From assembly GCA_964016885.1 (NCBI GenBank), contig OZ024740.1, forward strand, positions 119,288,001 to 119,352,000: a DNA stretch of 64,000 bases. Reading direction: 5' to 3'. Source of the stretch: Eledone cirrhosa. Its lineage: Eukaryota. A model generated the notes under the pieces. It saw only the letters and a program-made list of their open reading frames with translations. It ran no database searches and had not been told where the DNA came from. A program made the position numbers and the translations under genes. Below, in pieces: positions 26,641 through 39,809 of the stretch (its first letter is position 1; the number at the start of each line of letters is the position of its first letter).

Positions 26641-26987
26641 TCATCATCCTTTTGCTCTATCAGTGGCATCGAGAAACAGTCAACACGTTTCTGGGTTATT
26701 TCCTTTTGTTAAGACTGTGTATCTTTCTGCTTCTTGCTTGAAATGTTGAAAATATATATTATTTTCTAAAGTATACATTGGCTGATTAGCTTCATTTGCA
26801 TATCGAGTGATTTTACAGCTGGCTTTGTCAAAAATGAAAACAAGATTAGAATTTGATTCCTCCTTCTTACATAGCATGTTACATAAATGTATTTATGAAT
26901 TTTATATCAAATAATAATAATAGAGGCAATGACCCAGAAAAATGCTGACTGTTTCTCGATGCTACTTGTAGAATGAACGGATGATGA
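26641..26987. mobile_element. MITE/fold-back element with ~60 bp imperfect terminal inverted repeats
   Basis: TCATCATCC...GCATCGAGAAACAGTCAACACGTTTCTGGGTTATT (26641-26700) versus AATGACCCAGAAAAATGCTGACTGTTTCTCGATGC...GGATGATGA (26928-26987). Confidence 0.75.
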
Positions 26988-27122
26988 AACATAGTGTAAT
27001 GAGGCTGTTTGCTTGCAAACAAATCAGTTATTATTATAAGTATTTCCAGTTTCAAATACAACTGATTTCTTGTATGGAAAAAGAGAGTGACAGATAAAAA
27101 TTAAGAAAAGGAAAAAAATCAA

Positions 27123-27278
27123 CCTCATTATTGAGTTTGTACTTTATTTATGGACATTGAAAGGATTAAAAGCAAAGTTGACTCAGAATTTGAAATCTCA
27201 ATACAGAGTGGTAGAATGAGTATTTTAAATCATTCTATTGAATTTTCTAACTTTTCCATGATTTTACCAATCAATCTC
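27123..27278 (-). pseudogene. polycystin TOP N-terminal block
   Basis: TAG| acceptor; KIMEKLENSIE*FKILILPLC resembles PKD1 EELWPWMAHVLLPYV. Confidence 0.45.
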
Positions 27279-27564
27279 CTACACACACACATACACAAAT
27301 GCATACATGCAGACATACATACATATATATATATATGTGTGTGTGTGTTTATGTCTTCATTCATGTTTATATTTTTAAGTATCTCAACTTGTATCCCATT
27401 ATGTCGAAAAGGAAATTTAGCCATTCAATAATCAGAGATTGGTATAATAACTAGAAAACTGAAAAGACTACTGGGGTTTATATAACACTAATAAACTTTA
27501 AAGTTCATATCTCAGTATAGCCACAGTTTAATGATTGAAACCAACAATATGATAAAAGCATTAC

Positions 27565-27946
27565 CTAAATATATAAATAAACCAATAAACTAGAGTCATA
27601 TGATTTTTGCTGGTCTTCTTCTATTGGAAAAACTGTTCATAATAAGTAAATATCTTTCATAATTCCAACAATACTTATCACATCTCCAGTTCATATCCCA
27701 CCTGTGTCTTGATTTGAAAGTGATCATGAACTATCTTCTTTATTATAAATTACTATGTGTGATCATTGCATCACATTGTATTAAATATCTGAAGCTGTCT
27801 TATCGCTAATAAGAGTGTAGATTAGCAATTTATTTTTTTATATATTGTTACTGAATCTGCTTTAATTCTTTTTCGTTTGTGATAGAAAATATATATCAAA
27901 CTGAACAGCAGGTGACAAATAAATAAAAATTTTGTTGCTGTACCAT
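27565..27946 (-). pseudogene. candidate polycystin TM5-TM6 block
   Basis: CAG| acceptor and |GTAATG donor; ICHLLFSLIYIFYHKRKRIKAD...RRPAKII*L*FIGLFIYL; many stops. Confidence 0.35.
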
Positions 27947-29349
27947 CTGTTACTATGCTACTTAGATTTTACGGTGCATACTTGTTGAGGCTAGGTAGAT
28001 TTTATACAAACTCAATGTATGTTAAGCATGACAGAATACATTTTGATACCAAACAACCTCAAACCACCCCTGATTCTACAATACCAAAAAGTTTATTTTA
28101 AAGTGTTTATATTTATCTTAAAACCTTCAATCATAGTTTTATGGAAGAACATTTGTTAAATTATGCTCCAAACGCCAGCTTCATAATGAGAAATTTAGTT
28201 TCATTAATAAATTTCTTTAAATTCTTGTTTATTTTCAAAATGATTTGAGAAAAATTGACTGCTTTTTTGTAAGAAATATGGTAACGAATGGTTTAAAATT
28301 GATGGCACATTAATGTTAAATCTCTCAATCTTGGCTAGCTGACAGCATTCAAACATTCATTCACAGAAAAATCATGGATATCTACTTAATTCTATATCTA
28401 TTTTCTTTCATACAAATTCCCTGAAATTTTACTCATCAGAAAGATTTTTATGTAACAGTCAACAGCAAAGTTTTCCATATCAAAATTAAAAAAGAGCTTT
28501 TACTTCTCTTCATTTTTATCCTGTTATATCGTAAATATTATCTATGCTCACTAAATATGTTTCAATAAAATATTCTACTTACTTTTGTTTTACTAGTCTA
28601 CTTCCATTCCAAATTTTGAAGACATTTTCATATAAATGAACAATTTAAATACTCTTCTTTATACTGTAAATGTGGTTAGCATTAGAAACCATGCCAAAAA
28701 CTCTTCTGTGTGAGCAAGACACTGTCATCAGATCTGACTTGTCTCACAACAGGACAATTTATCTAGCATGGGGAAAATGGACATTGAACAATGATGATAT
28801 AATTCACTCAAATAAGAAGTAAATATAACTATTCCTAAGCTATCTAATGAATGTAGTTAGCCATAGAAACAAACTTTGAATGTTAACCATTTTGATACCA
28901 AAACTCTGATTCTACAAAACAAAACCATCACTTTTACTTCTTTTACAGGATTCCTTTTTGAATTTAAACATTTCAATGTAATTTCATATTAAATTGTTTA
29001 AGTTATGCTACTAATACCATCTTAATAACGAAATAGTCAATGACATTAAGTAAACCCTTTCAAATTCTTTATTAAGTAATTAAAATACAGTGCATTTCAC
29101 TAGAAATATGGTAATGAAAGGGTTAATATTGTTGATAGTATGTAAGCATATCGACAGTGCAGTTAGTGTTTCAAGAAATATATTAGAATAATGAACTTGT
29201 GATCAATCAAAACATAGATAAGCAAACATGTTTATAACTAACTATAGTTTATCATGAGAAGGACGATGTTTTTCAAATGCAAAATAAGCAGTTCACGTGG
29301 TTGATTACGTTATAACACTGAAACATGCCAGAGTTGTCACCATACTTAC

Positions 29350-29493
29350 ACAATTTCAGATATATTCTCCATTTCATGATCATATTCAATTTTAAATCAA
29401 GTGGGACTTCGAGGTAGTTGTTTTTCTTGCTTTTAACAAGAATTATCTTCAGTTTCAGGTGTAATTTCTATTGATTAAGCAGAATTTTTCTCA
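29350..29493 (-). pseudogene. exon-like block (144 nt), possible cytoplasmic loop
   Basis: TTTATTGTAG| acceptor and |GTAAGT donor; acidic frame EKNSA*SIEITPETEDNSC*KQ...EMENISEI with three stops. Confidence 0.4.
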
Positions 29494-29573
29494 CTACAAT
29501 AAATATATTAGTTCAAATTATATATATATGAGCTTTACTCAAAAGACATGCCTTGGAAATTTTCCTGACATAC

Positions 29574-29772
29574 TTGTCTCATAGCTTGGTTGATTATTCC
29601 ATGTCAGCTCTGATTATGCATAACTGCTATAATGAAGCATTTCATGAAATTTGTTTAGAAGCAAAACACACTTTCAACATGACAAGTTACAAGAATATAA
29701 TTAAAAATACTGTTGTTAAAAACTGTAATTGATAATTTTTAAAATTAGTATGCCAGTTGATTAAACATTCAT
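29574..29772 (-). pseudogene. candidate polycystin TM3 block
   Basis: CAG| acceptor and |GTATGT donor; TGILILKIINY / TTVFLIIFL* hydrophobic segments, frameshifted. Confidence 0.35.
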
Positions 29773-29865
29773 CTGTTATTTATCTTTCTTTTTGGTTATT
29801 TACTATTCATGGCATGGCTGAATGGTTAATATGCTTGCTTCGTTATCATGAGGTTCCAAGTTTGG

Positions 29866-30222
29866 TCATGCTCTATAGCAGCATAAGTAGGTATATTTTG
29901 CCATGAAGTGAGTCAGCCAAGGAAAACTGATCTGTTGAATGGACTTAACCTGTAATTCAAAAGGCCAGGCATATAAGAAACATGGTCTCGTTAATAGTGG
30001 ATAATTAGAATGTAGTAAAATGTGAACCTCACTAGCATGAAACAGTCCAGGCATACATAACCAGGTTGGTACAATAACAGCAGGACAAAATAGCAATTTT
30101 ACATATTTCTTGACTAAAACAGATTTAAAGAAGTTGATCATCAATAGAAGTCCTTTTGTAATTAAGGTATGATGGATTATTCTGTAAAATGTGTCAACAT
30201 TTCTCTGGAATATTAGAAGTTC
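29866..30222 (-). pseudogene. PLAT/LH2 domain block of the polycystin-1-like gene
   Basis: IFQRNVDTFYRIIHHTL (PKD1 AFHRNSLDIFRIATPHSL), FFKSVLVK...VIVPTWL (WFLQHVIVR...LVNDWL), FELQ...FPWLTHF (AELQRG...HIWLSIW); open frame, but the conserved WHDN.G motif is missing. Confidence 0.7.
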
Positions 30223-32035
30223 CTTTAAAATATTTGGATAGACAATCAAAAGTACTCACATATGTACACCCACACACAGTTCTTCTGTCTTTTTCTCTAT
30301 TTCTCTTTCACTCTCTCTCTACCTACCTCTCTCTCTCTCCTCCATTTATATCATCATTGGTTTTTCCTTGTTTCCAAGTATATTTTTCCTTCATTTAAAT
30401 TTTCTCATACAATGATATTGCCTCTGTTGGCGGGCAAGGCTGATGTTTGCAAAGACAAATTGTCTACACAGGTCATATCCGATGGGTGGTTGAGGACTTG
30501 TCTAGAGTTGGTGATTTTTTTTTATGCAGCCTTTTATCCACCTCAGGTAATTTTTCCCAAAAGGTTCTGCACCAATCTTGATAAGATGATGCCATCTTGT
30601 TCTCTTTTCTGCATGTTGTTCACAAGATTTAAGATTAAAGTTGGTGTACTTCATCATCTGTTTCAATTGGTATTTGTAGCATTGTTAGGGACAGCTGCAT
30701 AATTGTTTTCCTGTACTGTTCACTGTAGAGGATTCAAAATGGCAGTCTGGTGCTATATTTATAGCAAATGTAAGCTGTTAATGGTGATGTTTGATGATGA
30801 TGGTTTTAATGTTGTGGCATTGGTACATTTTAGACCTGGGAGCTGACAACCATATTAAGAATTGTAACTGCAAAGTTCAGAATATACCACATGAAGAGAA
30901 ATCCAGAAAACACACAATGGCATGAATGGGTGAGTAATAAGCTAAAATAGATTAGCCACTTTCAAGGGAGCAATACAGATGTTAAGTGTAGTCATTAGAT
31001 TTCATGAGACAACTTGCTGGAGAGAGAGGGAGACGAAGGAAAACAACAGACATTTTCTATTTAACAACAACAGGCAGATTCAATTGATTTAAGACAGTTT
31101 TTCCTGTTTTTGTGTGTTAACTATTTAGTCCAACCCTTCTCACTTCCTTCATCTCCACCTTACTTGTCCAATCCATGCCAGCATGTAAAGAAATCTCCCT
31201 CCTAGTCAAACCTTTACCAACATATAAAGACAAATGCACTATTCTCTTTCCTCATCCAACCCTTGCTAGCATGGAAGGCCAGGCCTACCTCACCAAAAAT
31301 AGTCCCTTCTATAACGTGGTAGTTCCCATGCAGCAACAAAATGCTCAGATGTGGCTTGGAAGGCCATCCAGCTGTAGAAACCATATCAAAGCTAAATGTA
31401 TCAGCTAACCCCTTCCCACTACCACACACATTCCTGATTCACCCATACCTGCCTATAAATTTGGACAAGGCTCACAATATACTGCCAGACACAAATCTAT
31501 GAAGCAACACTCACTCTTTTATTGTAGGTTGACTCCCCCACCCCCCCCACCCCCACCCCGTCAATCATCAGGTAGCTCCGTCCTCTCAATACTGCTTTTC
31601 CAGGCAGGCTAAAGACTCAATTAGCACATGAATAATGTAATCAAATAGTTTTAGTTTCATGATAGAATACACCAAACCTACTGTGAGGTGATAGTGTTGG
31701 TGCTACAATAAAAACATCGCCCAATCCACCAGGCAAAATAATTCTGGTGTCACAACAAAAGCACCTAGTCCAACTTGTATGGTGGTAGTACTGATGCTAC
31801 AACAAAATGCACCTACTCCATCCTGTAATATCATAATGCTGGAATCAAGAAAAATGCTACCAGTACACACTGTAATATAGTTGGTATTAGGAAAGGCATC
31901 CAGCCATAGTAACAAAGCCAATGAAAGGAACACATGAACAAGACAGACACTTGACCTGTCAAGCCACAGAATACGACATCCTGTATAACCCATGCTAGCA
32001 TGGAAAATAGACATGAAATGGTGATGATAATGGTG

Positions 32036-32068
<33 letters not shown>

Positions 32069-32284
32069 TGCTGTATCACAAACTATCTTTTACTTTCACA
32101 AACGCATGCAAAACATTCACATTATTTTTCATTTACACACAAATTTATGCATACATACACACAAACACAGTCACTTATATTCACATATACACAATCACAT
32201 GCTACAAACAACATTACTATACATCCACATAAAATGCACATAGCTTTATTAAGTTTTCAACTTATTTGATAACTTTGTTTCAGA

Positions 32285-32687
32285 TTTAAGCTTGCCATTT
32301 TGAAAGAATGTGTCTGAATAATTTCATTGTGAACTGGTACTTTGCCTAATATAATGAAACATTAGGCTCCAATGTTCCTGGTTGTTCTACAATTTCTAAT
32401 ATTGGTTTATCTCTTTCAATGAACTTTCATTCAATTGGATACATTGTCAGCTTTGAAATCTTACTCAAGTAAGCTTTGACAATAAGTACAACCTGATTAA
32501 CCTATTCTCAAAACTCCTCAAACACTTCTCATGGTAAAAGGTGTAAAACAAAAATATAAAAAAAAAACAGAAAACAAAATTTATTTCAGATCTTAAAAAG
32601 ATAACAAATAAATAAAGCAGAAAAAGTTTTAAATAAAATAAGAATAAATATTTGTTCATGCTACTCTTTCTTTGTAAGAAACAAAAT
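32285..32687 (-). pseudogene. candidate TM1 and start-of-PLAT block
   Basis: TTACAG| acceptor; NKYLFLFYLKLFLLYLFVIFL hydrophobic run, later AKYQFTMK (compare FKYEILVK); position between GPS and PLAT fits. Confidence 0.4.
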
Positions 32688-33059
32688 CTGTAAGGCACAC
32701 TTGAAAATACTGAACACCAACCAATGCATTTATAAAAGTATAATATATCCTAAAAAAAATACTATTTATTTAGTAAACTAATGGATATACTTAACCTTAT
32801 GTGACGGAAATGGGTTTTAGGAACTAGGGGCATGGATTTTAGGTAACTAAAATCCATGAGACCGAGATTGGGAAAGAAGTGGGGGAGACGTTATAATTCC
32901 TTCCCATGAGAAACTGATAAAGAAATACCATGCCTCTACACACTTCCCCATTTACATCAATATCACTAATCATTAAACATTTCCCTATTCAGAAACTTTT
33001 GTCAATTCAATATACTAAATTCTCCTTCTAAGCACCACTATATATCATATATATAATCA

Positions 33060-33530
33060 TAATCATCATCGTTTAATACCCATTTTCCATGCTATCTTGG
33101 GTAGGATGTGTTGTCCCATTGTGAGACAGCCAGGTCATGTTTTGCTCACACTGAACTAATTTTGGTGTGGTTTCTACAGCTAGAGGCTTTTCCTAATGCC
33201 AACCACATTTACAGTGTGAACTGGATGCTTTTTTTGTGACACCTACATGACCACTTTGCAGTGTGGGCTGGGCAATTTTATCGTGACTCCTACATGAAGG
33301 TTTTACAGTGGAGACTGGGTAATTTTTATTTTTTGTCATGACATCTACACGACCACTTTACAGTGTGGACTGGGCACTTTTTGTTGTGTCGCCATCACAA
33401 CCACTTTACAGTTTGGGTTGAGTGCGTTTTGTCGTGTCACATACACGAGCACTTTACAGTGTGGACTGGGAGCTTTTTGCGATGTCAATTACATCAGCAC
33501 ATTACAGTGGGCTCCAGAATGACCACTTTA
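33060..33530 (-). mobile_element. family B element with an internal tandem array of ~40-50 bp units
   Basis: About 7 repeats of CCACTTTACAGTGTGGACTGGG between 33200 and 33530; (CAT)n tail at 33060. Confidence 0.75.
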
Positions 33531-33689
33531 TTGGCTGGATTGGGGATTTGGATGAGGGAGATGCATGGAGAACTGGGGAGGTAATAAGGGTAGTGAGATT
33601 ACAGTGAGGGAGGTGCATGGGAGGAGAGATGGGAGGAGAGATGGGAGGGAAGTTGGTGCATACGAAAGGTATGCCTAAGCTCCTGCATG

Positions 33690-34285
33690 TGGGAGGAAGA
33701 GGTCTTCTGTATGACTGCATAGCACCAGAGATCATTGCCTTTGAGAGGTGTAATTGTTCAAGGTCAGATTTAATCACCTCATCCCAAGTCTTCCTTGGCC
33801 TGCCCATTCCATGGCTCCATCAACTTTAAGCACTCTGCACCTTTTTATACAGTTGTCATTCTTCATATGCATCACATGTCCATACCAATTCAATCTCTTC
33901 TCCTGCACATTGCATCTGATCCCTCTTATGCCTAATTTCTCTTGCAGTTCATTTATGTTTGCTGGTTAGTTATATTATTATTGCACATCCATCAAAGCAT
34001 GGAGGCTTCATTTCTTTCCAATCTTCACAGGTCCTCTGCATGCTGTGTCCAGATCTTTCTATTGTGCACAATTGTTGTTCATATACCTGCATCATACAGC
34101 CTGCCTTTCATTTTGAGGGGAAAAAAACCTTTTTGGTTAGCAGCGGTAGTAAACCCCTGAACTTTCTCCAACCTGTTCTCACTTTTGCTACTGTGCTTTT
34201 GGAACACCCTCCTCCACTGCTAATTTAGTCACCCAGGTAACAGAAACTATCTACTACTTCTACAGAGCCCTCTGGGCATTTGAAA
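33690..34285 (-). mobile_element. RTE-clade LINE 3' fragment
   Basis: GRPRKTWDEVIKSDL, WYGHV, YLG motifs. Confidence 0.8.
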
Positions 34286-34868
34286 GTTTAGTGAGTTGGT
34301 CCCAGGGTTACTTACTCCTTCGGATCCTGACTACTAAATTTAATAGAAATAAGAGATAGGAAAATTTTCATACAATTTCATTTCGTGTGAGAATTATCTC
34401 TCACTACATTTGAAGTAATAACTGAAGCATAATAAGTTTCTCAAAACGAGTATCAAAATTACTTGCGTTTATTGTAGTCCGGGAATTACATATGTGGTAA
34501 GCAAATTTGATTCGTGGCATGACAAGTTATAATCCTGAATTATAAGATATGGTTGAAAAAAGGTTAGCATGTTTGCGCTTGATGTGACCAGTTTGAGAGG
34601 TGCCGCCAAAAGAGTAAGTGAGCAAGAGAGATCGGGTGACGTCAGAACACTCCCTTATATACTGGCCACGGGGAAGTAACTCCAATTAGTTTTTTCTCCC
34701 CGAGCAAGGTGGCGCTAGTCGCAGAATTTGTATCCTGAGAGCTCTTGCTACTTACTGTTCCTGTGCACCGGTGACATAAAATATACATTCTTTGTTTGTC
34801 TGCCTAAGAACCCACTACATCTCTTATGTATGCACATATATATATATATGTATATATATATATATTAC

Positions 34869-35063
34869 ATATAACATTTTGTTGGAAGTAGGATCATTGG
34901 ACAGATGTTGCCTTTAGGATTGCAACAATGACAAGGGATTGTTTGTGCAGTCTAGTTGAAATAAATATCACTCAGACATTTCTTGGAGCTATGAGTTATT
35001 CAGATTTCTCAGAGAATGTATGCAGTTGCTCAAACATCCCTCATATTTCCATCAACGTACAAC
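34869..35063 (-). pseudogene. degenerate GPS-motif block
   Basis: Across frames GMF.SNC..FSEKSE (PKD1 GLYTSLCQYFSEED) and TAQTIPCHCCNP (T....C.C.H); TAG| acceptor 128 nt downstream of the previous donor; no HLT/HLS cleavage triad. Confidence 0.5.
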
Positions 35064-35191
35064 CTACTAACTTAAAAAAAGAAGGGTCCCATTAGGTTAT
35101 ATATCCCTAGATATATCTGAATATATCCCTAGATATATCTGAATAGAAGATGGAATTATCCTATCTAGAATTATTTTGATCATATATTTAC

Positions 35192-35456
35192 CTGGATCTA
35201 AATATAAACAACCTACACTTAGGTTTGTGACACAGGACTCCTCTACACAGCTGCTTGATTGGATAGACATAACAGCTAAATGCTCCATCATATTAAGATG
35301 GTTGAGTGTAATTTTTGTCCCAGTCACCATTGAATCAAGAGCATTATGCCCGAAAAAGGAGTCCCATGAGATAGAATAACTGATACAGCCAGTATTGCTG
35401 GCTGTTCTCCATGGCAATGCATTTGCAATCTTGTCCATGGGGTGCAGCTGAGATAT
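35192..35456 (-). pseudogene. GAIN-region exon (open frame)
   Basis: TTGTTTAAG| acceptor, CCAG|GTAAAT donor; 88 open codons ending CLYLDPG (compare PKD1 TFFISPG). Confidence 0.6.
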
Positions 35457-36989
35457 CTTAAACAACCAAAGGCTATAGAATATGCCTCCTCCACATTTTA
35501 CCATATTTCCTTTCTTTTTCTTCTTTTACTTAATAAAATTGAATCTTCTAATCAAGTCTAAACTCTTTTAACTAAATTCTTTTTCAGGATATCTCCTCAT
35601 GCCAACAAAGAAATCAGTATACTAGCAGATTAACAAACAATAGCAACAATAAAACTTCTATTACAAAGACTATTTTTTCCTTTTTCCTTCATATTTTTTA
35701 ATACTTAAATCCATTTTTGCTTCCTTCATTCAGTGTACCTTTACCATTTTCTATTTTGATATTTTTGTCTTTCATATATCTACTTTCATTCTTTTTTTTC
35801 TTTTTTGTAATCTTTTCTATCATCACCATCATCATTATCATCATCTTTTAACAATAAATATCATATTGGGGGATAATTTGTCATCTGCATTATCCACTTG
35901 TCATCTACAAGTGTATTAACTTGATGTCTGTTTTTCAAAAAAATGTATCTACTAAGAAATACGTATCTAAAAACAATATAGAAACATTGAGAAAAAAAGG
36001 AACATCACATAAAACGAAGCGGAAGTATAGAGACAAAAATGGAAGGCGATTAATTCAAATGTAATTATATTGGCTTGAATAAAATTTCTCTTTGAAAATA
36101 TTGAAAAAATAAAATACAAACACAAACACAAATATAATAACTACCAAAATGTTTCATATTCATATATTTTTCCCTCCCTCAGGCAAATGATGTTGACACT
36201 GATGATGATGTTGGTGGTGAAGGTGGTGGTTATGATGATGACAATTATGGTGATAGAGATGTTGTAATGATGATAGTGCCAATTATAATGATGATAATGA
36301 TGATTTGTTGTTGTTGGTGATGATATTTACAGTGGTAGTAGTGATAGTGATAATTATGGTGCAGGGAAAGTGAGGAAGAGGAGAGGGATGACAACATCAA
36401 TGATGAACAGATTTGCATGGCAACAGCTGAGAGGAGAAATTATTATATGGCGACAAAGAGACAAAGTGTTCAATAATACAACATAAAAATATGCCATAAA
36501 CAATTGAATTGTGGTATTTTAACAATTCTTTACATTGCAATATATTAACTGGAATGTTGTTTCACATACAGGCATATGGACTCTTTCATATATACATAAA
36601 TGATTATTTGAAGAATGTAGTGAGAAAAAACCTCCTCATTCTAAATTGTGATTTATCTGATTGAACGATCACCATCATTTTACACCCACTTTCCTTCCTG
36701 ACAAGAGTTAGCTGGGTTGTTACAGTCTGAGACTAAATTGATTGGGAGTCAACATACTGGCACTTACTTTTGTAGCGCCCCCCACCCCCTTGGGGGACAT
36801 CAGAACTAAAATAAGAGTTGCATCCCTTTGTGATGGTAGTGACCCCTGGTGTCACCTACAGGAGGTTAAAGGAGTTATGTCTTTTTGGCCACTATAAGTA
36901 AGAGGCTGAAAGATCAACTCTCTCTTTTAAAGTTTTAATAACGGACTCGCCAACCGGTACTTCGTATGATTCGTTGAGGACGGAACTAT

Positions 36990-38165
36990 TAAGGGGAGAC
37001 TGCCGTTCTGCTGAAAGCAGGTTTCATGCATCATTGGAGGATGAGTGTTTACGCCACATTTGGGACCTCAGTGAATCGCCCGATGTGGATAGTTCATTTA
37101 TCAAAAAGCTATTTTTCTCTTGCTTGCCAAACAATGTCCAGATTATATTGGCTAACATAGTGAACTCGAGCTCGGTGGAGCAGATCGCTGCATCTGCCGA
37201 TCGGATTGTGGAATTCTCTAGGGAAACTACCTCGTCAGACTCGCTTGTTGCCTCTTTGACCTTTCCGAAACAGCCCATCTCGACACACGAGGATGCCATG
37301 TTGAAGGCGATTGATGCATTGACGTGTCAAGTCGCGAAATTATGTAGGGAGAGTAGGCCATCTCCCAGGCGGCCAAGAAGTCATTCGCGTTCCTTCATGA
37401 CTTCACGCCGTAACGCCAGCTCGCCCGCCAACAATTCGTCTTTTTGCTGGTATCATGCCACCTTCGCTGATGAAGCAAAACACTGGCAGCCACCATGTAA
37501 CTATTCAACTACAGGAGACGCGGACCAGAATCACTGAGGGCGGCAGCTGGGCTCTGTGCTATACACCCAAACCGCCACTTCTTTATTTAAGACCTCCTGT
37601 CCGAAAGATCTTTCCTCGTAGATACGGGAGCCTCCTGCAGCATTTGGCCAGTGAACTGTGTTAAAGAAACTCCTCCTGAGTCATCAATGAATCTACACGC
37701 TGTCAATCATTCGCCGATATGGACTTTTGGACAAATCTCGCTTCCTCTGCAATTCAGAAATCTTCGACGAGAATTCAAATGGATTTTTACGGTTGCTGAC
37801 CTACCATATCCGATCTTGGGAGCGGGTTTTCTACCCCATTTTGCATTGACAGTGGATGTCCGTGGCCGACGCCTAATAGACGGCATTACTGGTTTTTCTC
37901 TTCATGGCCAGAAAGCTAATTTTCCAATGGTTAGCTCGACCTTCTTTATCCCTAATGCTGGGAATGCCCATAATGCATTGTTGAATTCTTTCCCACAGCT
38001 TACTCAGGGTAATTTTTGAGTTGTCGAACCGACTCACTCAACCGTACATTTCATCTCCACTACTGGTGCTCCAGTGTTTTCCCGTCCTCGCCGCTTGCCT
38101 GCAGACAAAGTGAAGGCAGCACGGTCCGAGTTCGATCATATGCTACAGCTAGGCATAATTCATAG
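36990..38165 (+). mobile_element. Ty3/Gypsy LTR retrotransposon internal remnant (gag, protease, RT start)
   Basis: LPNNVQIILA...ADRI, CWYH..F...A....PPC knuckle, FLVDTGAS protease (~37611-37634), ILGAGFL, RPRRL...AARSEFDHMLQLGII, then truncated; no LTRs seen. Confidence 0.88.
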
Positions 38166-39459
38166 AAGTGAATAATTTTCTTTTGGCAAAATTGTTTTAT
38201 GCATTTGAATATATTTTCTAATGTATTTGTGGTGTTTTTCAGTCCACTGAAGAGTAAGAAATTAAAATAGTAACTAAAAGAGACTTTCAATTTACAGATG
38301 AAGTACATCTAATAAAAGATTTGATTGTTGAGCCTCAAAGCTTAAACAATTAAGATATCTGTGATACAAATTATGCATGTAAATAGTGGGTCCAAAGATC
38401 ATCTAAAAATTCTCATCTGCAGGTATCCTCATATATTATTAATCATTGATAACAGAGATGTTATGGTATGAAGTGAAATGCTGCCATATGCTAACAAGTG
38501 ATTACTGTTACCGTTGTTGTTATTTCACCTGATCAAGCAAAGCTTATGTAGCTATACACTATCTAATGTTTATTGTCCTTATATAAGATGTTTGGGAATT
38601 ATTTAAAGGAGATTTGACTGCTATTCCCAGCAGATTTATCAACCACATTGCTGCTTAACAAACAAGAATTCAGTGATAACCTCATCATATTCTTACTATT
38701 CTCATTAACATCAATAGTAGTCTAGGCATCAGCGACAGAGTTATCATAGTCCTCTTTTCCTTTCTTTATTTTCCTTCTCATTAAAATATCATTTGTATTG
38801 GTTGGTGTCTGTTTTGCACATACTACCACAAACATTAATATCAAATGTAATTATTAATTCATCAAACTCTCTCCATCTCTTTCATGTTTCTTGTAATCCA
38901 TATTAACAAGGAGTCAGTATCAAGCATGATCTCACATATTTCTACTGTTAGAAATTAATAACAATATAAGTCAATTACAATACTATATTCTCTGCATGGC
39001 TAAAGAAATATAAAGAAGTTGGTAATTTACAAATGAAGCAAACACTTAATTATTAACACCACAGGAAATAATCATTGTTTGTCTTTAGAACATATTGGTA
39101 TGGTATGGATCCGTAACTACTGAGGGTGTCGTAGGGACCTCAAATAGACATACAGCATTTCATTGGGCATTTTAAAACCTGGTAGTCACCATCCCCTTTT
39201 CAGACCTGAGTATAGCAAATTCATTTGGAGAAGGATACGGTGTGAGATAAAGGAAGTGAAGAAGAACTGTATAGGAAGAATCATCCCAAATACTAGACTG
39301 GTACATTCTTTATTAATGGATGTTCGGCAAAGTTGATCCTGGTGGGATTAGATCTGAGAGCAGAGAGCCAAAATGAATACTGCAAAGCATTCAATTCAAC
39401 ATTCTAAAAACTCTGCCAATTGTCCATCTTTTACAACATAATCATTGAAATATTGAAAC

Positions 39460-39809
39460 ATTCCTCTTGTCCTTTTTGATCTGTTAGGATTATTTGTTAC
39501 AATTACTGTAGAGTGAGGATTTGATATTTATCTACCATCCACTGTTGCTTCTGTTTCAGTTGTATTTGCTAAAGAAAAAGGATGGCAAGATCAACAATCT
39601 TCACTAGTGTGACCACAATAATCCAGTGTTGAATAATCTTCAAATTTAAACATTTCACTTCGAGTTGATTGGATGTTTAAATATTTAGAAGACAGTGGCC
39701 TGATATTCATTAAACCAAGTGTTTGTTCTTTCTCCCATCGTATCATCTTGCTTCTTTGCATTATAAATAATTCCTTTATGATACTCATTTTGTCCATTAA
39801 GGTGTCTTC
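39460..39809 (-). pseudogene. post-REJ/GAIN block
   Basis: TAG| acceptor; IKELFIMQRSKMIRWEKEQTL (PKD1 LMRILMRSRVLNEEPLTL), later HPFSLAN and TVIVTNN (NPFPFG...TVKVPNN); internal stops. Confidence 0.55.

Noticed and set aside
33200-33530. CRISPR-like repeat-spacer pattern
   Set aside because: Repeats are degenerate, spacers resemble each other, and the array lies within a SINE-like element
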